NCBI RefSeq assembly: GCF_965284615.1
Contig: NZ_OZ260098.1
Span: 2,732,318-2,796,317, forward strand
Length of the DNA stretch: 64,000 nt
Direction of reading: 5' to 3'
Source of the DNA: Methyloversatilis sp.
Lineage (GTDB): Bacteria; Pseudomonadota; Gammaproteobacteria; Burkholderiales; Rhodocyclaceae
Shown here: positions 27,110 through 36,636 of the stretch, piece by piece
Position numbering within the stretch: position 1 is the first letter of the stretch
Layout: each line of letters opens with the position of its first letter
Program-made: the position numbers and the translations under genes
Notes under the pieces: model-generated
The model's input: only the letters and a program-made list of their open reading frames with translations
What the model was told of the DNA's origin: nothing
The model's database searches: none

Positions 27110-29164
27110 CTAGCGCTTCAGATAGCCCGAATCACGCATCAGCCGCGTCACCTCGGCCTGCGATCTGCGCAGCGCGGTATCGACGTCCTGCTCGCCTTGC
27201 AGAGCACGCGCCAGCTCGGAGCCGACGGCGTGACCGATGGCGGGAAATTCCGCGATGCCGACCCACTGCACACCGCTGTAGTGGCGCCCCGGCAGTTGCG
27301 TGTGCGAACCGGCGATGGCTTCGTTCACGAAGCGCGAGAACGGCGCGGCGTCGCGATAGCCGGGTGCATCGTAGGTTGACTGTCGGGTGCCTGGCGGCAC
27401 CGCGACCCAGCCCCGGCGCGCCGCCACCAAACGAACGTAATCGGCCGACGTCGCCCACTCGACGAAGCGGCGCGCCAACGCCTTGTTCGGCGACGAATCG
27501 GGCACCGCCAGCGACCACACCCACAGCCAGTTCGCGCCGTCCCGGACGCGCTCGACCGGCGCCGGCGCAAAGCCAAGGCTGGCGGCGACCGACGAGGTCC
27601 GCGGATCGAACAGCAAGCCGGCCGCCACGGTTGCATCGATCCACATCGCGCAGCGGCCGCGGGCAAACAGGTCGAGCGTTTCCGGAAAGCCGTTGAGGTG
27701 GGAATCGGGCGGCCCGTAGCGACGCAGCAGATCGATATAGAGCGACGCCGCCTCGCGCCACGGTGCGCTGTCGATCTCCGGTCGCCATTGCGGATCGAAC
27801 CAGCGGCCGCCGAAGGTATTCACCATGGTCGTGAGCACCGGCACGTTCTCGCCCCAGCCGGGTCGCCCGCGCAGGCAGATGCCGTAGATGCCCTTGGCCG
27901 GATCGTGCAGCCGCGCCGCCAGTCGCCGGATGTCGGTATAGGTCGGCTGCGCCGGCATGACGACATCGGCAGCGCGGAACAGATCGCGCCGGTAGAAGGT
28001 CATCGAGCTCTCGGCATAGAAGGGCAAGGCATACAGCTCGCCGCGATAGGACAGACTGTCGCGGACCGGCGCCAGCAGGTCGTCGGCGCGGTAGCCGGCC
28101 GGCAGATCGCGGAACGGCGCGAGCCAGCCGCGCGCGGCCCACAGCGGTGCCTCATAGGAGCCGATGGTCATCACGTCGAACTGGCCGTCGGCAATCGCCA
28201 GATCGGTCATCAGACGCGTGCGCAGCGAATTCTCGTCCAGCACCCGCCACTCGATCTGCACGCCCGGGTTCTGGCGCGTGAACTCGGCGGACAGCGACTT
28301 CAGCAGCAGCATGTCCGGATTGTTGACCGTAGCCACCGTGATCACGTCGCGTCCCGAGCCCTGTGGCTTGCGCACGCTCAGCCCGTGCCGCATCAGGATG
28401 TCCTCGACGCGCCCTTCGCGCACCAGCGCCGACAGTCCGCGATTGAAGTCGGCGCGCAGCCGCTCGTGCCGTGGCGCGCGCCGCGAGAAGGCGACGTGAA
28501 AATCGCTGCGGAACAGGGGTGGCCGCAGGAATTCGAGCTGCCCGATAAGGTGCGGGCGGTGCAGGATCATCAGATCGCTGGCGCGGAATTTGTTGACCAC
28601 CATCAGATCGATGCGGCCCAGCGCCAGCTTGTCGAGGTTCTGCAGGTCGCGATCGACGTACTCGCGCTTGAGGAAATCCGCGCCGTCGAACGCGGCTGAG
28701 ACCGATGCGCCGCGCACGGCGCCAAAACGCAGATGCGACAGCTGGCGCAGCGTGTCCAGCGGTCGCGTCGCCGCGTCGGCCGGATAGGGAATGGCGAGCG
28801 AACGCTTCTTCAGCAGACCGCCGTTGGCGCCGGGAAAGGGCGCGGACAGCACGAACTCGCTCTCCAGCGAACCGGAGTCAGGCGCCGGCAACAGTCCGTT
28901 GACCTGCCCCGAAGCCGCGACGCTGCGGGCGCGCGCCGGCGGATAGAAGCGGAGATCCACCGTGTAGCCGACGCGCTCGAACGCGCTACGGACAAGCTCT
29001 GCAACATAGCCCTCGCGTGCGTGCGTCGGTCCGATGTAGGGCGACAGCTCAGCAGCGACCAGGCGGACCGTGCCCGCCGCGCTGGCCGCGGACGCGCCGA
29101 AAGACAGCGCGAGCAGGCACGGCAGGAAGACGCACAGGAAACAACGGTACTTGAGCGGACGCAC
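27110..29164 (-). CDS. Tandem periplasmic binding protein: family-3-like N-half fused to a polyol/sugar (SmoE/MtlE-like) family-1 C-half
   Basis: N-half ELSPY...GYVAELVRSAFERVGY; C-half ITVATVNN.DM...GQFDVMTIGSYEAP...YALPFYAESS; single continuous ORF. Confidence 0.8.
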   Translation of the reverse strand: MRPLKYRCFLCVFLPCLLALSFGASAASAAGTVRLVAAELSPYIGPTHAREGYVAELVRSAFERVGYTVDLRFYPPARARSVAASGQVNGLLPAPDSGSLESEFVLSAPFPGANGGLLKKRSLAIPYPADAATRPLDTLRQLSHLRFGAVRGASVSAAFDGADFLKREYVDRDLQNLDKLALGRIDLMVVNKFRASDLMILHRPHLIGQLEFLRPPLFRSDFHVAFSRRAPRHERLRADFNRGLSALVREGRVEDILMRHGLSVRKPQGSGRDVITVATVNNPDMLLLKSLSAEFTRQNPGVQIEWRVLDENSLRTRLMTDLAIADGQFDVMTIGSYEAPLWAARGWLAPFRDLPAGYRADDLLAPVRDSLSYRGELYALPFYAESSMTFYRRDLFRAADVVMPAQPTYTDIRRLAARLHDPAKGIYGICLRGRPGWGENVPVLTTMVNTFGGRWFDPQWRPEIDSAPWREAASLYIDLLRRYGPPDSHLNGFPETLDLFARGRCAMWIDATVAAGLLFDPRTSSVAASLGFAPAPVERVRDGANWLWVWSLAVPDSSPNKALARRFVEWATSADYVRLVAARRGWVAVPPGTRQSTYDAPGYRDAAPFSRFVNEAIAGSHTQLPGRHYSGVQWVGIAEFPAIGHAVGSELARALQGEQDVDTALRRSQAEVTRLMRDSGYLKR

Positions 29165-29291
29165 GGATGCTGCACCTCATGCCTGAGCATAGCGGCCCAG
29201 CATATCGCGCCGCTGGCGGGGACGCATCGACATTACGACACGCCCGTGCGCGCGGAAGGCGTCATACAGGGGAGGTGGCGGGCCTGGAAAG

Positions 29292-29327
29292 CAGAACGGG
29301 GACGCCTCGAAAGGCGTCCCCGTTCTG
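29292..29327 (-). terminator. Intrinsic terminator downstream of the tRNA cluster
   Basis: 16-bp stem CAGAACGGGGACGCCT/AGGCGTCCCCGTTCTG followed by TTT on the minus strand. Confidence 0.8.
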
Positions 29328-29332
29328 GGTGT

Positions 29333-29408
29333 TGGAGCGGGAAACGAGGCTCGAACTCGCGACCTCAACCTTGGCAAGGTTGCGCTCTACCAACTGAGCT
29401 ATTCCCGC
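29333..29408 (-). tRNA. tRNA-Gly(GCC)
   Basis: GCGGGAATAGCTCAG...TTGCCAA...GTTCGAGCC...CTCCA, 76 nt. Confidence 0.97.
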
Positions 29409-29440
29409 GTATCGGCACTTGCGTACCGACCGAATTGTCC

Positions 29441-29514
29441 TGGAGGCGAGGGTCGGAATCGAACCGGCGTCCACGGCTTTGCAGGCCGCTGCATGACCAC
29501 TCTGCCACCTCGCC
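29441..29514 (-). tRNA. tRNA-Cys(GCA)
   Basis: GGCGAGGTGGCAGAGTGG...CTGCAAA...GTTCGATTCC...CTCCA, 74 nt. Confidence 0.97.
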
Positions 29515-29544
29515 GGTGGTGCAGCCCGGTCAGGGGCTGCAAAT

Positions 29545-29573
29545 AAAAAGGGGAAGAAGAACTTCCCCTTTTT
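29545..29573. terminator. Terminator-like or processing hairpin between tRNA-Gly and tRNA-Cys
   Basis: AAAAAGGGGAAG / CTTCCCCTTTTT, 12-bp stem. Confidence 0.55.
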
Positions 29574-29580
29574 CAAATCT

Positions 29581-29656
29581 TGGAGCGGGAAACGAGGCTC
29601 GAACTCGCGACCTCAACCTTGGCAAGGTTGCGCTCTACCAACTGAGCTATTCCCGC
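29581..29656 (-). tRNA. tRNA-Gly(GCC), second identical copy
   Basis: Identical 76-nt sequence to 29333-29408. Confidence 0.97.
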
Positions 29657-29662
29657 AAGACA

Positions 29663-29697
29663 GGCGCGCATTATAGGCCTGCCGAAAAAGCTGTGAA
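29663..29697 (-). promoter_or_regulatory. sigma70 tRNA promoter with GC-rich discriminator
   Basis: TTCACA-N16-TATAAT-GCGCGCC on the minus strand. Confidence 0.7.
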
Positions 29698-29727
29698 CAC
29701 TTCGCGCCGAAGATTTTTGCGGCGCGC

Positions 29728-30300
29728 TCAGATCGCCTTGCGCGCACGCAGTTCGGGCCATGCCTTTCGCATGTAGTACACCATGGACCACACGGTCAGC
29801 ACCGCCGCGATCCAGATCAGCTTGCCGCCGATGAACCCGACGTCGATCCCGAACAGCGGATCGAAGTACAGCAGCATCGGGATCGCGATCATCTGCGCCG
29901 TCGTCTTCACCTTGCCTATCATCGACACGGCGACGCTGCGCGCAGCCCCCACCTTGGCCATCCATTCGCGCAATGCGGAAATGGTGATTTCGCGACCGAT
30001 GATGATGAGGGCGATGACGGTGCTGGTGCGGTCGAGCTCGACCAGCATGATCAAGGCCGCCGCCACCATAAGCTTGTCGGCCACCGGGTCGAGGAAGGCA
30101 CCGAAGGCGGAGGTCTGGTTGAGCGTGCGGGCGAGATAGCCGTCGAGCCAGTCGGTGATGGCCGCGATGACGAACACCACGGTAGCGATCAGGTTCTTGT
30201 CCGGCATGACCAGCGTCTGATCAGGCAGGAAGAAAACGCCGACGAACAGCGGAATGAGCAGGATGCGCGCCCAGGTCAGCGCGGTTGGCAGCGTAAACAT
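29728..30300 (-). CDS. pgsA: CDP-diacylglycerol--glycerol-3-phosphate 3-phosphatidyltransferase
   Basis: TDWLDGYLAR...GAFLDPVADKL; uvrC-pgsA-tRNA synteny. Confidence 0.96.
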   Translation of the reverse strand: MFTLPTALTWARILLIPLFVGVFFLPDQTLVMPDKNLIATVVFVIAAITDWLDGYLARTLNQTSAFGAFLDPVADKLMVAAALIMLVELDRTSTVIALIIIGREITISALREWMAKVGAARSVAVSMIGKVKTTAQMIAIPMLLYFDPLFGIDVGFIGGKLIWIAAVLTVWSMVYYMRKAWPELRARKAI

Positions 30301-30305
30301 GTGCC

Positions 30306-32084
30306 CTAGTTTAACTGCCGCTGTATCTGTTCGGCGAGCTTGCGGCTGATGCCTTCGACCCGGCACAGATCCTCGACCGTGGCGTTGCGTACGCCAGCCA
30401 GCCCGCCGAAGGTCGTGAGCAGACGCTTGCGGCGCGCCGGACCGATGCCCGGAATGTCTTCCAGCGTCAACGTGAGGCGCTTCTTCGCGCGCTTGGCACG
30501 GTGCCCCGCGATGGCGAAACGGTGCGCTTCGTCGCGGATTTCCGCGATCAGGTGCAAGGCCGGATGGTCGGGCCCGAGCACCAGACCGGCCGCGACACCG
30601 GGGCGTATCAGCTCTTCCGCCCCCATCTTGCGCTCTTCGCCCTTGGCCACGCCAACCAGCGGCAGATCGAGTCCGAGTTCGGCCATCACCTCGACCGCGA
30701 TACCGAGCTGGCCCTTGCCGCCGTCGATCAGCACCAGGTCGGGCCGCGCGCCCTCGCCGCTCGCTACCTTCTCGTAGCGCCGCGTCAGCACCTGACGCAT
30801 CGCTGCGTAGTCGTCACCCGGGGTGATGCCGTCGATGTTGTAGCGGCGGTACTCGCCGTTGCGCATCGCGCCATGGGCCCACACGACGCAGGAAGCGACC
30901 GTCGCCTCACCCATCGTGTGGCTGATGTCGAAACATTCGATGCGCTCGGGCGCGACGTCGAGCTGGAGCGCATCGACCAGTGCCGCCACACGATGCGAGG
31001 CGCGCGCGCCGGCGTCGATCTTGGCGCGCAGCGCGATCTCGGCGTTCTTCAGTGCCATGTCCGCCCACGCGCGTTCGCGCTCGTTGCGCGCGAGCGCAAG
31101 CGTCGAGCCCGGCAGCGGGGCCTCCACTTCATCCTCCGGCAGCACATTGACGACGATGCGCTTGGGCGCGTTGCCGCTTGCGTAGTGCTGGCTCAGGAAG
31201 GCCACCAGCATGTCGGCCGCACTGCCCTGCCCGGCCGCCGGGAAGTGGGCGTGATCGCCGAGGTGGCGCCCGCCGCGCACCATCGCGTGATTGACGCAGG
31301 CGGCGCCGTCACGCTCGATCGCCACGACGATGTCGAGGTCCTCGTCGCGCGCGCTGTCGGCGAACTGCTTGTGCAACACCTTGGACAGCGCCCGGATCTG
31401 GTCGCGTATCTGCGCCGCCTTCTCGAAGGCGAGCGCCTCGGCGGCAGCGTTCATCTGCGCCGACAGCTTGTCGATCACCTCGGAATGACGGCCGTTCAGG
31501 AAAAGCGCGGTCAGCCGCACGTCCTCGTCGTAGTCCTCCTTCGACACGAGGTTGACGCAGGGCGCGGAACAACGGTGGATCTGGTGCAGCAGACAAGGCC
31601 GCGAGCGGTTGGCGAACACGCTGTTCTCGCAGGTGCGCAGCAGGAAGGCGCGCTGCACCAGCTGTATCGTGTCGCGCACCGCCCACACGTTCGGCAGCGG
31701 CCCGAAGTAGCGCGCATCGCGCCCCACGGTGCCGCGGAAAAAACCGATGCGCGGAAAGCGGTCGTTGCTGATCCGGATGTAGGGATAGGACTTGTCGTCC
31801 CGGAACAGGATGTTGTACTTCGGCCGCAGGCTCTTGATCAGGTTGTTCTCGAGGATGAGGGCCTCGGCTTCCGACCTGACGACGGTGATGTCCACCCGCG
31901 CGACCTGCGCCACCATGAGGCCGATGCGCGGACTCGACGGCGTGCGCTGGAAGTAGGAGGACACGCGCCGGCGCAGGTTCTTCGCCTTGCCGACGTAGAG
32001 CACGTCCTCCTCGGCGCCTATCATGCGATAGACACCGGGGTCTTCCGGCACCGTCGGCAGCCAGGCCTTCGCGTCGAAACCCAT
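30306..32084 (-). CDS. uvrC: Excinuclease ABC subunit C
   Basis: PGVYRM...LYVGKAKNLRRRVSSYF; IECFDISH; RDEAHRFAI; HhH tail. Confidence 0.97.
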   Translation of the reverse strand: MGFDAKAWLPTVPEDPGVYRMIGAEEDVLYVGKAKNLRRRVSSYFQRTPSSPRIGLMVAQVARVDITVVRSEAEALILENNLIKSLRPKYNILFRDDKSYPYIRISNDRFPRIGFFRGTVGRDARYFGPLPNVWAVRDTIQLVQRAFLLRTCENSVFANRSRPCLLHQIHRCSAPCVNLVSKEDYDEDVRLTALFLNGRHSEVIDKLSAQMNAAAEALAFEKAAQIRDQIRALSKVLHKQFADSARDEDLDIVVAIERDGAACVNHAMVRGGRHLGDHAHFPAAGQGSAADMLVAFLSQHYASGNAPKRIVVNVLPEDEVEAPLPGSTLALARNERERAWADMALKNAEIALRAKIDAGARASHRVAALVDALQLDVAPERIECFDISHTMGEATVASCVVWAHGAMRNGEYRRYNIDGITPGDDYAAMRQVLTRRYEKVASGEGARPDLVLIDGGKGQLGIAVEVMAELGLDLPLVGVAKGEERKMGAEELIRPGVAAGLVLGPDHPALHLIAEIRDEAHRFAIAGHRAKRAKKRLTLTLEDIPGIGPARRKRLLTTFGGLAGVRNATVEDLCRVEGISRKLAEQIQRQLN

Positions 32085-32102
32085 GCCTCGCGGTGTCCTC
32101 TG

Positions 32103-33137
32103 TCAGGCGATCAGGCGCTGCACCGTGCCGAGGGCATCGCGGTAGCGCGCGTCCTGCGCCAGCACCGTGCGGTCACCGTAGGGCTGGCGTGGCATCAGCG
32201 ACTCGACGCGCGCGCTGCGCACGCTGTCGAACGCCGGCCGCCAGCCGTCGATCAGCTTCACCGCCTGGTCGCGCGCGTTGCACACGAGCACCATGTCGCA
32301 GCCCGCGTCCCACGCGGCTTCCGCGCGCGCGACCACATCGCCCGCCACCGACGCGCCTTCCATCGACAGGTCGTCGCTGAACACCACGCCGTCGAAAGAG
32401 AGCTTGTCGCGCAGGATGCCCTGCACCCAGGCGCGCGAAAAACCGGCCGGCATTCGATCGACCGCCGGATAGATCACGTGCGCCGGCATCACCGCGTCGA
32501 TCTGCTTGCCGAGGTCGATGTAGGGGCGGATGTCGTCGGCCCAGAGGGTGTCAAAATCTCGCTCGTTGACCGGAATCGCGACGTGCGAATCCGCCTCGAC
32601 GAAACCGTGGCCGGGGAAGTGCTTGCCGACCGACTTCATGCCGGCGGCACGCAGGCCTTCCGCCAGTGCACCAGCCAGCGGTACGACGATGGCCGGATCG
32701 CGATGGAAGGCGCGATCACCGATCACGCGGCTGCGGCCGAAGTCGAGATCGAGCACCGGCGTGAAGGACAGGTTGACGCCGAGCGCGCGCAATTCGGCCG
32801 CCAGCACGTAACCGGCGGCGCGCGCGTCGGCCAGCGCGCCCTGCGCATCCGCCTCGTAGCGCGTACCCAGCGTGCGCATCGACGGCAGATGGTTGAAGCC
32901 ATCGGACTTGAAGCGCTGCACCCGGCCACCTTCGTGGTTGACGGCGATCAGCAGTGGCGGTCTGCGCACAGCGTGGATGGCTTCGGTCAGCGCGGCCAGC
33001 TGTTGCGCGTCGTGGAAGTTGCGGGCGAACAGGATGAGCCCGCCGACCGACGGGTGAGCCAACAGTTCGCGGTCTTCAGCATCCAGTTCGAAACCGGCCA
33101 CGTCGATCATGACCGGTCCGGGCGGGGTCGTTCTCAT
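32103..33137 (-). CDS. nagZ: beta-N-acetylhexosaminidase
   Basis: GGLILFARN, HEGGRVQRF, KHFPGHG, FSDDLSMEGA. Confidence 0.95.
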   Translation of the reverse strand: MRTTPPGPVMIDVAGFELDAEDRELLAHPSVGGLILFARNFHDAQQLAALTEAIHAVRRPPLLIAVNHEGGRVQRFKSDGFNHLPSMRTLGTRYEADAQGALADARAAGYVLAAELRALGVNLSFTPVLDLDFGRSRVIGDRAFHRDPAIVVPLAGALAEGLRAAGMKSVGKHFPGHGFVEADSHVAIPVNERDFDTLWADDIRPYIDLGKQIDAVMPAHVIYPAVDRMPAGFSRAWVQGILRDKLSFDGVVFSDDLSMEGASVAGDVVARAEAAWDAGCDMVLVCNARDQAVKLIDGWRPAFDSVRSARVESLMPRQPYGDRTVLAQDARYRDALGTVQRLIA

Positions 33138-33523
33138 GCAGTGTTCTCCATGCGCTCGACCACCACGAAGGCGAGCGCGTGTTCGGTTTCGTCCGACAGT
33201 GACAGATGAGCACGCAGGCCGCGTGTGCTCATCCACGCCGTGAACGTTTCGTCGTAGGCGAAGGCCGGTTTGCCCAGATCGTCGTGGGTCACGGCGATCG
33301 AGCGCAGCAGCACCGGCGTCCGGATGCCGGTGCCCAGCGCCTTGCCCAGCGCCTCCTTGGCAGCGAAGCGCTTGGCCAGGAAGTGCGCCGGCTGCTTCGC
33401 CGATTCGTACTCGGACACTTCGGCGGCGGCCAGAATGCGCCGCGCGATGCCGTCACCGTCCTCCGCCAGCATGCGCTCGAAACGCGCGATGCCGCACAGG
33501 TCGGTGCCGATGCCGAAGATCAC
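33134..33523 (-). CDS. acpS: Holo-ACP synthase
   Basis: [23 protein letters not shown]. Confidence 0.95.
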   Translation of the reverse strand: MIFGIGTDLCGIARFERMLAEDGDGIARRILAAAEVSEYESAKQPAHFLAKRFAAKEALGKALGTGIRTPVLLRSIAVTHDDLGKPAFAYDETFTAWMSTRGLRAHLSLSDETEHALAFVVVERMENTA

Positions 33524-34275
33524 GCAGCCCTCCCGGCCGCCTCGCGCATCAGTGCCTTCATTTCGCGCACCGCCTCGCGCAGGCCGACGAACACCGAGCG
33601 GCTGACGATGGCGTGTCCGATGTGCAGTTCGCGCACGCCCGGCAGTTCGGCCACCGGCTGGACGTTGGCGTAGTTCAGCGCGTGACCCGCGTTGAATCGC
33701 ATGCCGAGGTCGCGGATCATCTTGCCGCCGGCACGCACCTTGTCCAGCTCGACCACCACGGCCTGTGATTCACGGTCGCGGCCAAGTCCGTGGAAGGCAT
33801 GCGCGTAGGGGCCGGTGTGCACCTCGCACACCTGCGCGCCGATGCGGGCGGCCGCCTCGATCTGCGCCGGCTCGGCATCGATGAATACGCTGGTGACGAT
33901 GCCGGCGTCGCGCAGGCGGCCGACCACACCGATAAGGCGCTCTTCCTGCGACACGATGTCCAGCCCGCCCTCGGTCGTCACCTCGTGCCGGCCTTCCGGC
34001 ACCAGCATGGCCATTTCCGGCTTCAGTGCGCAGGCGATGCCCACCATTTCCTCGGTGGCCGCCATTTCGAGATTGAGCTTGATGTGCACCAGATCGCGCA
34101 GCCGGCGCACGTCGTCATCCTGGATGTGGCGGCGGTCCTCGCGCAGATGCACGGTGATGCCGTCGGCACCGCCCAGATGGGCCTCGACCGCCGCCCACAC
34201 CGGATCCGGTTCGTAGGTGCGGCGCGCCTGCCGTATCGTGGCCACGTGGTCGATATTGACGCCCAGTTCGATCAT
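33520..34275 (-). CDS. pdxJ: Pyridoxine 5'-phosphate synthase
   Basis: [35 protein letters not shown]. Confidence 0.97.
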   Translation of the reverse strand: MIELGVNIDHVATIRQARRTYEPDPVWAAVEAHLGGADGITVHLREDRRHIQDDDVRRLRDLVHIKLNLEMAATEEMVGIACALKPEMAMLVPEGRHEVTTEGGLDIVSQEERLIGVVGRLRDAGIVTSVFIDAEPAQIEAAARIGAQVCEVHTGPYAHAFHGLGRDRESQAVVVELDKVRAGGKMIRDLGMRFNAGHALNYANVQPVAELPGVRELHIGHAIVSRSVFVGLREAVREMKALMREAAGRAA

Positions 34276-34277
34276 GT

Positions 34278-35009
34278 TCAGAGATCCTGTAGTTCGATGA
34301 AAACGCGCCGCGTGCGCAGCTCCTGTCCCTGCAGATAATGCGCGATCAGCACGCGCATCAATGTCTTCGCCAGCCGCGCGACCTGCGTGTCGGCGTAGTC
34401 GTCAGCGTGGATGGCCAGCGCCTGCGCGCCGCTCAGGCTGACGTCGTCCACGCCACCCTCGCCTTCGAGCAGACCGAGTTCGGGCTTGTACATGTAGTGC
34501 GCCGCCGGATCGATCGCGTCGCCGTTGGCGTCGTGATCGAGCGTCAGCCCGTAGCCCAGTTCACGCAGCAGCGCCTTTTCGAAACCGCGCAGCAAGGCTT
34601 CGTGACGCACCGTTTCGGCCGGCGCCAGCGCGAGCTTCTGAACGGCTTCGGCATACAGGTCGAAAAGCGCCGGATGCGCGTCGTCGCGCGCCAGCAGACG
34701 CTGCAGCAATTCGTTCAGATAGTAGCCCAGCAGCAGGCGCGGACCGGACAGCATGGGCCATGCACGCTGCCATTCGGCACGCGCCAGCGTGCGTAGTTCG
34801 CCGGCACCGAACCAGCCCAGATCCAGCGGCTGGAATTCGACCAGCACGCCCCGCAGCTGCGAACGCGGCCGCTTGGCACCGCGCGCGACCAGACCGATGC
34901 GGCCGAAGTCGCGGCTGAACACGTTAACCACCAGGCTTGTTTCGCGATAGGGGTGGGACTGCAGCAGGAAGGCCGGCTGGCCGTCCACCCGCTGCTTGCC
35001 GGAGGTCAC
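34278..35009 (-). CDS. recO: DNA repair protein RecO
   Basis: [23 protein letters not shown]. Confidence 0.95.
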   Translation of the reverse strand: MTSGKQRVDGQPAFLLQSHPYRETSLVVNVFSRDFGRIGLVARGAKRPRSQLRGVLVEFQPLDLGWFGAGELRTLARAEWQRAWPMLSGPRLLLGYYLNELLQRLLARDDAHPALFDLYAEAVQKLALAPAETVRHEALLRGFEKALLRELGYGLTLDHDANGDAIDPAAHYMYKPELGLLEGEGGVDDVSLSGAQALAIHADDYADTQVARLAKTLMRVLIAHYLQGQELRTRRVFIELQDL

Positions 35010-35067
35010 GGCACGGCCTTCCCGGCAGTGGGCCCGTCAGCGCAGATGGCGCGCATCGCCAACGAGG

Positions 35068-35958
35068 TCATGGCTCGAAGCCCAGGCTCTTCAGCGCACG
35101 CTCGTCGTCGGCCCAGCCGCTGCGGACCTTCACGTGCAGTTCGAGGAAAACCTTGGAACCGAACACCTTCTCCATGTCGCTGCGCGCTGCCGAGCCGACC
35201 GACTTCAGTACCTCGCCACCCTGCCCGATCACGATGCCTTTGTGTGCCTCGCGACTGACGATGACACAGGCGGCGATGCGGCGCAGATTGCCTTCCGCCT
35301 CGAAGCGCTCGATCTCGACCGCCAGCCCGTAAGGCAGTTCGTCACCCAGTTGCCGGAACAATTTTTCGCGGATGTATTCGGCAGCGAGGAAGCGCTCGCT
35401 GCGGTCGGTGAAGTCGTCAGCGTCGAACATCGCCTGACCTTCAGGCAGCAGTTCGCCGGCTACCTTCAGCAGCGCGTCCAGCCCGTCGCCGCGCTGCGCG
35501 CTGACCGGCATGATGGCGTGGAAGTCGTGCAGCTTCGCGATGCGCTCGACAAAGGGCAGCAGCTTGGCGCGATCGCCCGTCTTGTCGGTCTTGTTCAGCA
35601 GCAGCAATACCGGTCGGTCCTTCGGCAGCAGCGCGATCACCTCTTCGTCGGCCTCGGTCAGCCGACCGGCTTCGATCACGAACAGGATCACGTCCACGTC
35701 GGCCAGCGCCTGCGTGACCGCGCGATTCATCACGCGGTTGAGCGCGTTGCGGTGCTTGGTCTGGAAGCCGGGCGTATCGACGAACACGAACTGATGCGCG
35801 TCGCGCGTCAGCACGCCGTGGATGCGGTGACGCGTGGTCTGCGCCTTGGCCGAGGTGATGCTCACCTTCTGGCCGATCAGCCGGTTCATCAGCGTCAACT
35901 TGCCGACGTTGGGTTGACCGACGATGGCGATGAAGCCGCAATGAGTGATGTCGGTCAT
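35068..35958 (-). CDS. era: GTPase Era (P-loop altered as read here)
   Basis: QTTRHRI, FVDTPG, NKTD and KH domain; G1 reads GQPNVGKLT instead of GRPNVGKST. Confidence 0.95.
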   Translation of the reverse strand: MTDITHCGFIAIVGQPNVGKLTLMNRLIGQKVSITSAKAQTTRHRIHGVLTRDAHQFVFVDTPGFQTKHRNALNRVMNRAVTQALADVDVILFVIEAGRLTEADEEVIALLPKDRPVLLLLNKTDKTGDRAKLLPFVERIAKLHDFHAIMPVSAQRGDGLDALLKVAGELLPEGQAMFDADDFTDRSERFLAAEYIREKLFRQLGDELPYGLAVEIERFEAEGNLRRIAACVIVSREAHKGIVIGQGGEVLKSVGSAARSDMEKVFGSKVFLELHVKVRSGWADDERALKSLGFEP

Positions 35959-36632
35959 GACTGCCCCTGAAGTTGTTCGAGTGCGCGCGTGGCGGCGGCC
36001 TGCTCGGCGTGGCGGCGGCTGCGCCCCTCGCCTTCAGTGCGCAGACCATAGGCTTCGACGATGCAGGCGGCGCAGAACACCGGTGCGTGCGCCGGGCCGG
36101 AGGTGGAGGCGATTTCGTAGCGCGGCGGTTTCTTGGCCCGCGCGTGCAGCCATTCCTGCAGCGCCGTCTTCGGGTCGCGGGCGTCGCGCTCGGGATTCAG
36201 TGCATTCAGGCGGGCATCGAGCAGGCGCGCGACCACCTTGCGCGCCGCTTCGTAGCCACCTTCGAGAAAGACTGCGCCGATCAGCGCTTCGAGTGCATTC
36301 GCCAGCAGCGCCGGGCGGCTGCGACCGCCGGTCTTCAGCTCGCCCGCGCTGAGCCGCAGCGCGTCGCCGACAGCGATGGCGGCAGCGATTTCGGCCAGCG
36401 TGTCTTCCTTCACCAGCGACGCGCGCAGCCGCGACAGCAGACCTTCGGGCACGTCCGGAAAGCGACGGAAAAGCAGATCGGTGGCGACGCAGTCGAGCAC
36501 CGCGTCGCCCAGCAGTTCGAGCCGCTCGTTGTGGGTGGAAGAGAAGCTGCTGTGCGTCAGCGCCTGTGCGAGCAGTGCGCGCGACGCGAAAACGTGGCCG
36601 AGCGCCTGCTCGATCTGGGCATCCGGGTTCAA
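35955..36632 (-). CDS. rnc: Ribonuclease III
   Basis: HNERLELLGDAVL, dsRBD DPKTALQEW; TTG start. Confidence 0.93.
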   Translation of the reverse strand: MNPDAQIEQALGHVFASRALLAQALTHSSFSSTHNERLELLGDAVLDCVATDLLFRRFPDVPEGLLSRLRASLVKEDTLAEIAAAIAVGDALRLSAGELKTGGRSRPALLANALEALIGAVFLEGGYEAARKVVARLLDARLNALNPERDARDPKTALQEWLHARAKKPPRYEIASTSGPAHAPVFCAACIVEAYGLRTEGEGRSRRHAEQAAATRALEQLQGQS

Positions 36633-36636
36633 CGCG

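Noticed and set aside
29333-29408. Second tRNA-Gly as the attL/attR of an integrated element
   Set aside because: Both copies are full length and only ~170 bp apart around tRNA-Cys; no integrase, and no distal partial repeat was found
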